Positions 1 through 17,633 of a stretch of DNA of 64,000 nucleotides are shown here, piece after piece. The stretch's first letter is position 1; every line of letters starts with the position of its first letter. The stretch lies in assembly GCF_009914755.1 (NCBI RefSeq), contig NC_060926.1, one strand, 5' to 3'. Position numbers and translations under genes: made by a program. The DNA comes from the human T2T-CHM13v2.0 reference genome, Homo sapiens. The notes beneath the pieces were generated by a model. That model saw only the letters and a list, made by a program, of their open reading frames with translations, was not told where the DNA came from and did not search any database.

Positions 1-871
1 CAACTTAGTCATCCTTTGATGTATCTCTGGTTACTTCCATCAGCATTTGCCACTCCCCTGAAGACCCCACCTCTACTTTCGCCTCTTCATTTAACTAATG
101 ACATTGCTTCATATATCATGTAAAAATTATTGGCCCCCCAGTTGCAGTCTCACCTTGTCTTCAACCCCTAAATTTACCCATAAGTCCGCGCATTCTAACT
201 GCCTCCTCCTCCTTAGCATAGCCTAATCCCTCCTCTAATATACCGTATACAGGACACTATCCCTTCTCATCTGCCTTGGAATGTTACTCCACTTTTTTCA
301 TTATTTTCTAGTTCTGATACCCCTCCCCCTCCTTCTACAAGCATATTCAAGACACTTCCAGCTTAAGGAAGTCTCTTTACCCTACCACCCTACCATATCA
401 AATTATTTTTCCTCTCTTTCTTGCCCATAAATATCTTGAATGTGTAACCTACACTCACCATCTCTACTTTCACAACTTCCACCCACTCCTCTGCCCTACT
501 AAGTGTAACAATGCTTTACATCTACAAATCAAGGTCTGACTCTTTTGTGGTAAAGTGAATGACCTGCTTTGACAAACTTTGGCTTAGTGTACTGCAGAAA
601 GTGAAATCAAGGATTTTTAGACTACAGATATTCAGCCCCAACCCCTTCAAATGCTTTATCTTGGAATCCACATGAGATTTTTATTTTCACAATAAAATTA
701 ACTTTTTTTTCATCTTTACCAAACTGCTCATTGTAAAAATTCTACAGATATTCGTTTTGTCTGTGGAAGCAGAGACTGAGCCTTGACTCCTTCTGCAAGT
801 TATATATTGGAGTGCTCTCAGAAGAAACCTGTAACGGTGTGAGGGAAGCATCATAGAGAAGGGAAGAAGCT

Positions 872-1173
872 GGCCAGGCGCAGTGTCTCATGCCTGTAAT
901 CTCAGCACTTTGGGAGGCCAAGGTGAGCAGATCACTTGAAGTCAGGAGTTCGAGACCAGCCTGGCCAACATGGTGAAACACGGTCTCTACCAAAAAATAC
1001 AAAAATTAGCCGGGCGTGGTGGCTCAAGGCAGTAGTCCCAGATACTTAGGAGGCTGAGGTGGGAGAATCACTGGAACCTGGGAGGTGGAGGTTGTGGTGA
1101 GCCGAGATCACGCCACCCCACTCTAGCCTGGGCAATAGAGTGAAACCCTGATTCAAAAAAAAAAAAAAAAGAG
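872..1173 (+). mobile_element. Full-length AluS
   Basis: Dimeric Alu with A-tail and a 17-bp TSD agagaagggaagaagct at 855-871 and 1174-1190. Confidence 0.93.
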
Positions 1174-2105
1174 AGAGAAGGGAAGAAGCTAAGGAAAACC
1201 TAGCCTCAGCCTCACAACTTGGTTGAGCATGAATGGCCCCTCGTTAAGTATGTCTCCTCTGTAGAACCAAACTTTTCACTCAGATAAGATATCATCAGGT
1301 CTAGACTTGGCAAAGTTGGGGACAGGAAGCGCTAGCAAGCCCATTTGGCCCTCACACAGAAGCTGTTTTATCTTCAACAGTTTTATTATGAATGTGATAT
1401 TTTTATCTCCATCTGCTTGTCTCCTGTAGATATCTTTCCATTTTTTCTGAAACTTGGGCAAGTTGACACCCTCAAACTCTAACATATAGCATAATTTTAA
1501 ATAGTTACATAGCATTCCATTGTTTGGATTATGTACAATAATTTTATCTAGTCTCCTATAGTTAACATTTCAGTGCTATTATAAATAATCCTTGTATACA
1601 AGGATTGCTACTCAGTTGTGGAAAGAGATCTAAGGAATATTAATTAAAGTGAAAAAGGCAATGTATAGAATCACATGTATAATAGGGTTCCTTCTGATGA
1701 AAAAAATGGGGGAGTAAGATAGCCTTTTTTTTTTTCTTTTTTTGGCTACAAGTATCCAAGCCCCCTTCCCATATTTGGAAATTTCCCACCCACTATAGAA
1801 ATTGAAAATACCTACCCTCCGTTTTGGGTAGGGCATAGGAACATGCCCTAGGCTCCACCAATCATTTATTTCTGCCCTAGACATTGAATCGGACACTAGT
1901 GATATTCAGGATCAGTGATGTCAGTGATACGAGTTGCAGAGTCTTCAAAAGGCCAGCTCTGCAGTGGTATTTTGGCCACTATTACCGTTAGTGGTAATTT
2001 CCAGGCTAGGATCACTAGATATCCTACAGATTCTGTAAGCGATCTTGTTTTTCTTGTTTGTTTTGAGGTAGAGTTTCGCTCCCTCTGCCTCCCGGGTCCA
2101 AGTGA

Positions 2106-2321
<216 letters not shown>

Positions 2322-2461
2322 TAAAAAAAAAATTTTTTTTTGCCTGTTTAAATTAGCCAGAATTGGTTTCTTTTATCTGTCTTTTTTTCTTTAGCAACTA
2401 AGTACTGGAATAATATATATGGGGAGTGGGGTGTGTGTGTGTACGTGTGTGTATGTGTATC

Positions 2462-2859
2462 TGTAGTTGATGCTGTGATGTGCCACCTAGCTGCCCTTTC
2501 AAGACTGAAGGACTTATTTCCCCAGCTTCTAGGGGTACTGTTGAAGAAAACTACCTTATCCAAGGTCATGCTGCATTCCTGTGACAGCCTGTGTCCAATG
2601 ACTGATGGATATGGAGACTATAAAGGCCTGGCCCCCCTGCCCCGCTGTAGGACAATAACAGTGAGCCATCCCAGTTCAGAGCTCTAGTGGAGAAGAATGA
2701 GGCCTTTGTTGATACTGCATCAGACCTCAAATTCCCCTTCTGCCCAAATTTACTTCCTTTCCTTCCCCAACAAGTGTTGCTCCTGAGAGAACTCTCCAGT
2801 AAGTTTCCTGTACACTGACCTTCATTTTAGAGTCTGCTTCTTGAAAACCCAGTATGTCA
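2462..2859 (+). mobile_element. 5' LTR (LTR16 family)
   Basis: Starts tgtagttgatgctgtg, has tataaaggcctggcc at ~2619, and shares the blocks ttca(a/g)gactgaa, ccccagct and cagagctc with the 3' LTR. Confidence 0.7.
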
Positions 2860-3558
2860 TCATGGCTTTATTAGAGTGGGGGCATATGTTGGTCATATGG
2901 AGTCCTGGTCCAGCTCTGACTCATAGTGAATCCACAATTGGGTCCACCTGGTAACTATTTCTCCTGCAGCAGCCAAAAGAGTAAATCAAAACAAGATCCC
3001 AACACAGGGAAAATGGCATCCCTAAAGACCTAAAGTATTCAGGGGTCTAGTCCTCACCATGTTTCTGTTTAATTCATTCATCTTGCCCCTACAAAAGCCC
3101 AGTGGATGCTGAAAGATGACAGTAGACTACCTCGAATTGAATTCATTAGTAATTTCAGTTGCCACATATGGTGAAAAATAATACACTTTTGGAGAAAATA
3201 GCTCCTGGCATAATATTAAGCCCTAGTATAGATGGAGCACTTGACCATGCAACTAGAAAACTGTATCATGAGCTTATTTCTGTCAGTCATCTCCACCAAA
3301 TCATAAGGTCAGATGGGCTCACTAGCAACCCATTGTAAGATGGAAGTGGTACATCTGGAACTGTGCACAAGCAGGCCAGAGAGCACTAGAAAGCTGCATC
3401 AACAGATGATCCAGTTCCCATTTCATGCTCCACTGTCACCTCGACACCTCTCCTTCAGCTCACGTTATGGCTGCATGGGAGATTTTCCTATGACCAACTA
3501 ACAGAGGAGAAGAAAAGCCAAGCTTGATTCATGGATAGGTCATCTTGGTATGTAGGTG

Positions 3559-4450
3559 TGATATGGTTTGGATTTGTGTCCCCACCAAAATCTCATGTTG
3601 AATTGTAATTCCCACTGTTGGAGGAGGGACCTTGTGGGACGTGATTGGATCATGGAGGTGGATTTCCCCCTTGCTGTTCTCATGATAGTGAGTGAGTTCT
3701 CATGAGATCTGGTTGTTTAAAAGTGTGTAGTTGGCCGGGCACAGTGGCTCACACCTGTAATCCCAGCACTTTGGGTGGCTGAGGCAGGCGGATCACTTGA
3801 GGTCAGGAGTGATCTGGGACCAGCCTGGCCAACATGGTGAAATCCCATCTCTACTAAAAATACAAAAATTAGCAGTGCGTGGTGGCAGGCACCTGTAATC
3901 CCAGCTACTCGGGAGGCTGAGGCAGGAGAATTGCTTGAACCTGGGAGGCGGAGGTGCAATGAGCCGAGATCTCGTCATTGCACTCCAGCCTGGATGACAG
4001 AGTGAGACTCCGTCTCTTAAAAAAAAAAAAAAAAAAAAAAAAGGTAGTACCAGGGGGTGGGGGGCTAAGGGAGGGATACCATTAAGAGAAATACCTAATG
4101 TAGATGACAGGTTGATGGGTGCAGCAAACCACCATGGCATGTGTATACCTATCTAACAAACCTGCACATTCTGCACATGTATCCCAGAACTTAAAGTGTA
4201 ATAAAAAAAATTAAATTTCTTTTAAAAAGTGTATAGCACCTTCCCCTTCACTCTCTTTTCCTCCTGCTCCAACCATGTAAGAGGTGCCTGCTTCCCTTTC
4301 ACCTTCCACCTTGATTGTAAGTTTCCTGAGGCCTCCCCAGCCATACTTCCTGTACAGCCTGTGGAACCACGAGACAATTAAACCAATTTTCTTTATAAAT
4401 GACCCAGTTTCAGGAATTTCTTTATAGCACTGTAAGAACAGATTAATACA
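3559..4450 (+). mobile_element. MSTA/MSTB-type MaLR solo LTR interrupted by an Alu and an L1PA 3' end
   Basis: Termini tgatatggtttgg...gattaataca, with a perfect 5-bp TSD aggtg at 3554-3558 and 4451-4455. Confidence 0.88.
4050..4210 (+). mobile_element. L1PA 3' UTR terminal fragment
   Basis: G-rich start, then atacctaatgtagatgac...gggtgcagcaaaccaccatggca...cccagaacttaaagt and an A-tail. Confidence 0.88.
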
Positions 4451-5854
4451 AGGTGCAAGATGAAAATGGACTTCACCAGCCTTACAGTCCCATTCAAGAA
4501 TAGCTTTGAACAACAGGAGTGAAGGGACAGCCTTCCAATGTGCAGAAGTTCAGGCAGTGTACTGGATTATCTACTTTGTGTGGAAAGAGAAATGGCCCAA
4601 GGTCAGAATATAAACGGATTCATGGTAGGTGGAGAAGAGCTCAGCCAAGTGGTCGGGGTCATGGAACAAAAAAGACTATAAGATCAGAGGTAATGAGGTT
4701 GGGATAGAGATATGTGGATGAACCTATGAACACAAAATATGAAGATCTCATGTTTAATGCTCATATTAATACTCACCAGAAAGCGTAGAATAACATTGGC
4801 TGAGTATGGTGGCTCTTTGAAAGGCTGAGGTGGGAGGATCACTTGATGCCAGTAGTTTAAGACCAGCTTGGGCAACATAGCAAGACCCTGTGTCTACAGA
4901 AAATAATGTGGTTTTTTTCTTTTTTTTTTTCTTTGAGACGGAGTCTCGCTCTGTCGCCCAAGCTGGAGTGCAATGGCGTGATTTTGGCTCACTGCAACTT
5001 CTGCCCCCTGGGTTCAAGCGATTCTCCTGCCTCAACCTCCTGAGTAGCTAGGATTATAGGTGCATGCCACCATGCCTGGCTAATTTTTGTATTTTTAGTA
5101 GAGACGGGGTTTCACTGTATTGATCAGGCTGGTCTCAAACTCTTGACCTCATGATCCGCCCGCCTCAGCCTCCCAAAGTGCTGGGATTACAGGTGTGAGC
5201 CACTGTGCCCAGCCAAAAATAATATTTTAAAAATTAGCTGGGCATGGTGGCATGCGCCTGTAGTCCCCACTACTCAGGAAACTGAGGCAGGAGGATCAGT
5301 TGAGCCCAGGAGGGTGAGGCTGCAGTGAGCCATGATCACACCACTGCATTCCAGCCTGGCTGACAGAGTAAGACCCTGTCTCAAAAAAAAAAAAAAGCAT
5401 AGAAGAAGCATGAAGCACTAAGCAAACAAATAGGCAGAATGACTCAGTCAGTTAACATCAGGCAGACTCTGTCATTGACCACTGCGGTGGTACATAATTC
5501 ATCTATGAACATAGTAGACATGGTGGCAGGAATGGAGGCTACAAATGGACCCAACACCGTGGGTTCCCACTCACCACTGAACTTTTACCTACTACTGCTA
5601 CTGAATGTCCAATCTGCCAGCAAGAAAGATGAAAACCAACCCCCTGATTTGACACCATCCCTCAAGTACACCAATCAGCCACTTGGAGGTAAGTTGCCTA
5701 CAGTGGACCCCTTCACCTTACAAGGGGCAGCAATTCATTTTAACTGGAATATGCATCTATTTCAGGTATGAGTTTGCCTTTCCTACTAATAGAGCCTCAA
5801 AGTGTGCTCAGCCAGCACCACTTTCAAGAGCTTACAAAATATTTGCTCCATTGA

Positions 5855-6192
<338 letters not shown>

Positions 6193-6210
6193 ATAAAGAG
6201 CCCATTTTAT

Positions 6211-6553
6211 TTATTTATTTATTTATTTATTAATGATTAATAGACTATTAAGGCAGGAATACATATAGTCATCATTGCCAGACTTAATATGAAAGGTTAA
6301 ATGTTCCATCCAATTTTCCTTCCCGGATAAGTTTTTCTTTCCTATCTCTGTCAGTTTTGAAAATGTAATACCAGAAGAAGAGGGGCCTAAATCCACACAG
6401 AGTTCCCAAGAGTGAGTTTTTAGGAGTGGGTCTGAAATTTGGATAGACATTTGCTGATCTTGGATAGGTCCAACGAATCAAGGCAGGATCTTCGATGACC
6501 CCTCGGCAGCTGGGTTCGTTGTACTGAAAGCAGGTACTCTCATTTCAGCCGGG
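6211..6553 (-). pseudogene. 5'-truncated processed pseudogene of NDUFB4 (complex I subunit B15)
   Basis: Translates ..[69 protein letters not shown], matching the NDUFB4 C-terminus. Intronless, with a (TAAA)n-degenerate tail and a 16-bp TSD aaagagcccattttat at 6195-6210 and 6554-6569. An in-frame TGA and a 1-nt frameshift lie near the truncated 5' end. Confidence 0.93.
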
Positions 6554-8140
6554 AAAGAGCCCATTTTATAACAAAGAAGATATGGCAGTGGACGCATGAC
6601 TTTGGGATCTTCTGGTCCCAGAGGCTTTATTTTTCAAAAAGTATATAATTCTTCAAGTCATATAGCTATTGAAGATACTAATTGAATTTACAGTAGTCTA
6701 CTGTCATCCTAACTACGCAGAAACTTTTGGCCTGATTGAGCAATGCCATGGCCCACTCATGGCGCACTGAGAAACCAGGGCAGAGATGTACCCTGTGAGG
6801 AGAGACACCACCCTCAAAAACACATTTAGCCGCTCTAAATTAATGACCAACCTATGGTGTTATGTCCCTAATAGGTAGAATACGTGGGTCTGGAAACAAA
6901 GGGGTGGAAAAAGAAATGGCTCAGCTTTATGCATCCCATCCCCTCAGCTCTGGGCTCTGTGAGTTTAGAAATTCTGATTTCCAAGGGGACTGTTTCCACC
7001 AAGAGGCACAGCAAGAGTCCCACTGAACTTTACGGTTGCTGCCTGAGCACTTCAGACTCCTGTGTCAAAGGACCAGACAACATAAAGAGAAGTCACCACG
7101 TTGTCGGGGTAATTGATCCTGATCATCAGGAGGAAGTAGGGGCCATGCATGGTGACTCATCCATGTAATCCCAGAACTTTGGAAGGCCAAGGTGGGCAGA
7201 TCACTTGAAGTCAGGAGTTCAAGACCTCATGGCCAACATAGTGAAACCCCATCTCTACCAAAAATACAAAAACTAGCCAAGCGTGGTGATACATGCCTGT
7301 AGTCCTAGCTACTCAGGAGGCTGAGGTGGGAGGATCACTTCAGCACAGGAGGCAGAGGTTGCAGTGAGCTGAGATTGTGCCACTGCCCTCCCGCCTGGGC
7401 AACAGAGCAAGACCCTGTCTCAATACAGAACAAAACAAAAAAACAACAAAAGAGGAAGTTCAGATTATGTTACACCATGGAAGCTGAAAGGACCCTGTTA
7501 GCTGTCCTGAAGGGATCCCCTGAAGGGATCCTCTTAGCTGTCCCTTAGTACTATCTTACCCAATTTTGTTAGTAAATGGTACATCAGCCATAGCTTTAAC
7601 AAGGATTGTTGACCAGGCACGGTGGCTCACACCTGTAATCCCAGCACTTTGGGAGGCTGAGGTGGGTGGATTGCTTGAGGTCAGGAGTTCGAGACCAGCC
7701 TGGCCAACCTAGTGAAACCCCATCTCTACTTAAAATACAAAAATTAGCTGGGCGTGGTGGCGAGCTCCAGCTAGTTGGGAGGCTGAGGCAAGAGAATTGC
7801 TTGAGCCCAGGAGGCAGAGGTTGCAGTGAGCCGAGATCGCGCCACTGCACTCCATGATTGTTAGCAGGTGCTTAGACCCTTTGGGCATGAAAGTCTGGGC
7901 TGTATCACCAAGTAGGCCGCCTAGACCAGCAGAGGCACTAACAGGGGAAGAGGAATCTGCATTTGGATAGTAGAGGAGGGAGACAATGAGTAGAGTTGCA
8001 ACCTTGCGATCAACTGCAGTGGTGGAGGCTGTCTTTCCCCCACTCTCCTCTCCTTATAAACTTCTCTCAGGGGAAGAGGCCCACCAGAATCCAGGAAGAG
8101 CTGCTCCCAGAACCCACACAATAAGTGGTTCCAAGTGGAC

Positions 8141-8500
8141 TATATGTAAAACTCGGATTCACGTCCCATCCTCCCCTTCAGGACTGAAATACTTACTCCC
8201 CCAGCTGTTGGGAATTTTCTCTGAGACTTTCCTCAGCTGAAGAGAGCCATTCTGCTCAGGATCACTTCTGAGGGCAGCTTGTATCCAATATGTTGGGGTA
8301 TAAAGGCCTGGCCACCTCACCTTGACTCAGGATGACCCTGAGGTGCTAGCCTGGCTTCAGAGCTCCCATGGAGTTGGCTGAAACATTTGCTGAAAGTGTA
8401 GCAGAGTCCACCTTCTCCATCTGCTCAATCCTGCTTCCTTCACTTCCTCCACAGGTGTTGATCCTGAAGGCACCTCTAATGAACTTCCCACATGCTAGTG
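8141..8500 (+). mobile_element. 3' LTR (LTR16 family), boundaries approximate
   Basis: Contains cccttcaggactgaa...ccccagctg...ggggtataaaggcctggcc...cagagctccc...caggtgttgatcctga, homologous to 2462-2859. Confidence 0.7.
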
Positions 8501-8803
8501 TACTCTGCAACCATGCTGGTGGGTACAAATAAAATTTCTGGAAGGATACACAAAATAATGTTAAAAGTAAGTATCTAAGGGTAGTCGGGCTGGAATTTGG
8601 AATTATGAAAAGAAGACTCTTTCTTTATTTTTTTTTTGAGACGGAGTCTCACTCTGTCTCCCAGGCTGGAGTGCAGTTGCACAATCTCTGCTCACTGAAA
8701 CCTCCACCTCCCAAGTTCAAGTGATTCTTCTGCCTCAGCCTCCCGAGTAGCTGGGGCTACAGGCGCATGCCACCACGCCTGGCTAATTTTTTTTGTATTT
8801 TTA

Positions 8804-9124
<321 letters not shown>

Positions 9125-10624
9125 TTAGCCAGGCGTGGTGGCACATGCCTGTAATCCTAGCTACTAGTGAGGCTGAGGCAGGAGAATCACTTGAACTGGG
9201 AGGCAGAGGTTGCGGTAAGCTGAGATCGTGCCATTGTACCCTAGCCTGGGCAACAGGAGTGAAACTCCATCTGAAAACAACAACAACGACGACAACAACA
9301 AAAACCTTTTTAAACATTTTTAAGTATACAGTTCAATAGCCTGAAGTATATTCACATTGTTGTACAATAGATCTCCAGAAGTTTTTCATTTTGCAAAACT
9401 GAAACTCTGTATCCATTAAAGAACAACTTTCCATCTTCCCCTCTCCTCAGCCCGTGGTAACTTATATCATTCTATTTTCCATTCCATGAGCAATTTTTTG
9501 ATCAGTGATTAGTAATGCTTACTTGAGACCTTGGCAGTCTTAGAGCCTATTTTGTGAGGGCAACATAGCTCCCACAGAAGTCCATTTTCTCACATTCACA
9601 ATCAAGATGAAGCACAGTACCTATTCTGTAGTTTGGCTCCCGTTTGGATTCAAGGCTGGTATCCATTGCCAGCATTCAAGATTAGGATGCTATATTACTC
9701 ACCGTTGTCTTTTTAGGTCAGTGAAGAATACCTGGCACAGTGGTCCACAAACTTCTGGATGTTATGGACAAATTAATTCTTTTTTTTTTTTTTTTTTTTT
9801 TTTTTAGTCAGTAGTAGTGATGTGTGCCTGGAGGCCCAGCTACTCAGGAGGCTGAGGTGGGAGGATCTCTTGGGGCTGGGAGTTTGAGGGTGTAGTGCAT
9901 TATAATCATGGCTGTGAATAGCCACTGCACTCTAGCCTAGGCAACATAGCAAGACTCTGGCTCTAAAAAAAAAAAAAAAAATACACACAAACACAATTTT
10001 TTTTAACAGATGACTGACATAAGATGTTCAACTCTTTATACATATAAGTAAGCATATTTTTTGTTTGGTTTGTTTCATTTTGAGACAGGGTCTCACTCTG
10101 TCACCCAGACTGGAATGCAGTGACACAATCAGAGCTCACTGAAGCCTCGAACTTCTGGGCTCAAGTCATCCTCCCACCTCAGCCTCCCGAGTAGCTGGGA
10201 CTACAGGTGAATGTCACCACACCCAGCTAATTTTCTAATTTTTTTGTAGAGATGGGGTCTCACTGTGTTGCCCAGGCTGGTCTCAAAATCGTGGCCTCAA
10301 GTGATCCTCCTGCCTCAACCTCCCAAAGTGCTGGGATTATAGGTGTGAACTACAGCACCTAGCCAGTAAACACATTTTAAAAAATTGACTCCTATCTATG
10401 ATCTTCATAATTTTAGGAAAGGAAAGACATTTAACAGCAACAAGCTAGAATAAAAGTTAGAAGAACATAAGCTCAGACCAAAAGACAATATGTTGTTTTT
10501 TCTCCCCTTCTCTCTCCAATTCTGTCTCATGGCATTGCAAAGACAATTTCTTTTTTAAGGAAAATTCTGTAGCCTCACAGATAGTAGAACCAGTATCAAT
10601 TCCAGGGGGACATTGATTGTTTTA

Positions 10625-10990
<366 letters not shown>

Positions 10991-11813
10991 TTAGGCAGAC
11001 GAATTGCTTGAGCTCAGAAGTTTGAGACCAGCCTCCTATTTAATAATAAATAAATAAGCAATATTAAGTGGCATAGTATGAATATGCCAGAGCACAGGGC
11101 TGCTGAGGCCCTCATTAACTCTGCCCTGGCCACAGACTTTAGCTTTGACCAGTTTACCATCTCATTTCCGCCTTAAGTTATGTCATGACCAGGAGACAGG
11201 CTATAGGTGGGCCCCATTCAAAGTCCTTGTATCTGATCTCCCATGGGTCAATAGCAGTGACCACACAGAGTAAGAGGTGCTAGAATCCAACTGCCTGGAC
11301 TGGAATTCCTCCACGTGAGTATATTCTACCTACGAAAACTTGGGCAAACCGCTTCTTTCTTCCTTTATTTTATTTTATACAGGGTCTCACTCTGTTGCCC
11401 AGGCTGGAGTGCTGTGGTGTGAACACAGCTTACTGCAGCCTCGACCTCCTGGCCTCAAGTAATTCTCCCACTTCAGTCTCCCAAGTAGCTGTGACCACAG
11501 GTTTATGCTACCACACCTGGCTAATTTTTTAATTTTTTGTAGAGACAAGGTCTCATCATGTTGTCCAGGGTGGTCTCAAACTCCTGGGCTCAAGTGATCC
11601 TCCCATTTTGGCCTCCCAAAGTACTGAGGTTACAGGCATGAGCCACCACACGTGGCCTTACCTAACTTCTTTAAATCTCAGTTTCCAGCCAGGCGCGGTA
11701 GCTCACGCTTGTAATCCCAGCACTTTGGAAGGCCGAGGCGGGCGGATCACCTGAGGTCCGGAGTTCGAGGCCAGCCTGGCCAACATGGAGAAACCCCGTC
11801 TCTACTAAAACTA

Positions 11814-12294
<481 letters not shown>

Positions 12295-13145
12295 TAATGA
12301 CCAGGCTGGTCTCAAACTCTTGACCTCAGGTGATCTGCCTGCCTCGGCCTTCCAAAGTGCTGGGATTACAGACGTGAGCTACTGCGGCTGGCCTGCTATT
12401 GTATTTTATATATTATACATGGACAGTAAAGAAGGCAGAAGTAGACCTTCTCTTCCTCCCTCCTGCAGAATGTTTGAATACCTGGCTGTCAGCATTTCTC
12501 TACTAAACTGTTATCATTCCTCTACTCTTTAATTTTGTATTAATTTTTTTCTTTTTTAGAGATGGGGTCTTGCTATGTTGCCCAGACTGGTCTGAAACCC
12601 CTGGGCCCAAGTATGCTCCTGCTTCAGCCTCTTGAATACCTGAGATTACAGGCATGTGCCACCAAACCTGGCCATTTTTGTACTAAATGCAACAAGATTT
12701 AGCTTACTTGGTGACCTGGCCGGCAGAAGCCTAGAGGAAAAGAGAAGAAAGCAATTAACTCCTGATTACCTGGCATATACCAGACAATTTATATGAGGAC
12801 ATGAAAATTGAGGAACTTCTCAAGAAACATTTCCTTTAGGGACAATTTCTCCCAACTAGTACGATGACCTTGAAATAATCAAATCAAGTCAATTAAACAG
12901 ATTAATTTAGTATCTTTCAACCTTAAGCCAAATACCAAAGACCAGAAAGGAGTATAAGACTGCAAAGCAGTGGCCAGGTGCGGTGGCGCACACCTGTAAT
13001 CCTAGCACTATGGGAGGCCAAGGTGGGCGGATCATGAGGTCAGGAGTTCAAGACCAGCCTGACCAACATGGTGAAACCCTGTCTCTACTAAAAATACAAA
13101 CATTAGCCAGGCATGGTGGCACACACCTATAATCCCAGCTACTCA

Positions 13146-13529
<384 letters not shown>

Positions 13530-14503
13530 TCATGCCACTGTACCTCAGCCTGGATGACAAGAGTGAGACTCCATCCCAAAAAAAAAAACCAAAAAAACAA
13601 AAAACAAGGTCTCCCTCTGTTGCCCAGGCTGTAGTGCAGTGGTGCAATCTTGGCTCACTGCAGCCTTGACCTCCCAGGTTCAAGCAACCCTTCCACCTCA
13701 GCCTCCCAGGTAGCTTGGGACTACAGGTGTGCATCACTATGCTGGGCTAATTATTGTATTTTTTATAAAAATCTTGTCTCCTTATGTTGCCCAGGCCGAT
13801 CTCGAACTCCTGGGCTCAAGCAGTTGGCCTGCCTCAGCCTCCCAAACAAAGCTCAGGGATTACAGGTGTGAGCCACCACGCCTGGCCTCCTGCATTCTTA
13901 TTGAATGCTATTGGCAGACATGAACTAGTTCGCCTGATGGGCATGAAGGGAAAATCAGAGGCTGTCTGAAACTGTACTGTAGTGCACGTGGCCAAAGGTT
14001 CAGAGACTGCAGGAAACAGGAGGGAAGGCAGAGGAGTTGGAGGCCAGCCAGGAGCAAGCTGGGAACAGCCAGGCCATGCTGCTCCTTAGTTACTGCGGGC
14101 TTTGTCCTGCCAGATGTCCTCAGCATCTCCTTGGTTTTTGGCCTGAGGAATTTGACTATTCATCCTGAAGTTGTCTTACATGCTCTTCACATTCACAAAT
14201 ACTCTTCAGAGGCCAAATCCATTTTTATATAAATGGGGATATAGCCTGGTCCTAAATAGACTTAGGTTTATTCCAACTTTGTTATTTACTAGCTGAGTGA
14301 ACTTATGTAATTTATTTGGATTCTCTGATCTTCAGTGTGGGAATAATTTACTTAATAAATCTTTTTTTTTTGTTTTTGAGATGGAGTCGCCCTCTGCAAC
14401 CTCTGCCTCCCAGGGTCAGGCAATTCTTGTGCTTCAGCTTCCAGAGTAGCTGGGACTACGAACACATGCCACCATGCCTGGCTACTTTTTGTATTTTTAG
14501 TAG

Positions 14504-14650
<147 letters not shown>

Positions 14651-15503
14651 TGACAGACTCAGACTTGGGTGTTGAGAATACAGAATTAAATCGGGTAAGG
14701 GAGGCCCTGCTGTCACGGAGCTTGCTTTTTTTTTTTTCTTTTTTTTTGAGACAGGGTATTGCCCTGTTGCTCAGGCTGGTCTCCAACTCCTGGGCTCAAG
14801 TGATCCTCCCCACCTTGGCCTCCCAAAGTGCTAGGATTATAGGCATGAGCCACTGTGCCCAGCCTGTCATGGAGCTTTATTCAAGTAGAGATGAGAGAGA
14901 AATAAATAGACAAGACAATATGGGATATTTATAAATTCTAGGAAGACAGTAAAACAAGCTGATGTGAAAGACAATGACTGGGTGGAGGCATTGTTAGATG
15001 ACAAGAAAAGCCTCTCTGAGAATTTGATATTTGAGCTGAGACAGAAGTAAGGAAGACAAAAAGCAACTAGCCCTCTAAGGATCAGGGTGTGGAGCATTCC
15101 AATGAGAGGGAAGGGGAGTTTCAAAAGCCATAAGGCAGAGGAGAGAGTTTGGAATGTCAACAGAACCTAACAAAGATCTAGAATGGAGTGAAGTGGAGAG
15201 GGATCTGGGAAGATGTGGGAGAGGTAGGCAGGACTGAGGAAGTGGAGGAGGAGGTGGGAGATTTGCAGAGAGAGAGAATGTGTGAAAAAGTTGCTTTGGA
15301 GAATGGAGGAAAGAATGTATTGGGGAAGTGTAGTGGGACTGCTTGGCAGCGTTGACAGTCCTTTTGAGAGGTGTGGTCCTGAATTTAAACTAGAACTAAT
15401 TGGCATAGTAGATGTTCTGAGGATTAGGTAAAATGAACGGGAGGTTTGGATTCATAGCTGATGCTCAAAAATGTTAACTATCACAAGATGTAGAAAATAT
15501 TAG

Positions 15504-16915
<1,412 letters not shown>

Positions 16916-16996
16916 TGCTTCTGGATATTTTTAACCTGGGTGTTTTTACATACTTAATGCAAAATGCTATGATTTTTGTTCTTGTGGTCTTAATAA

Positions 16997-17416
<420 letters not shown>

Positions 17417-17483
17417 TGATCCACCCGCCTCGGCCTCCCAAAATGGTGGGATTACAGGCGTGAGCCACCGTGCCCGGCCTTAA

Positions 17484-17633
<150 letters not shown>

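Noticed and set aside
1-870. ASXL2 promoter/CpG island expected near the window start
   Set aside because: The sequence here is CpG-poor and L2-like; no promoter is visible inside the window.
6284-6481. 65-aa NDUFB4-like ORF as a functional retrogene
   Set aside because: It starts at TTG, the copy is 5'-truncated with an upstream stop and frameshift, and no promoter is evident.
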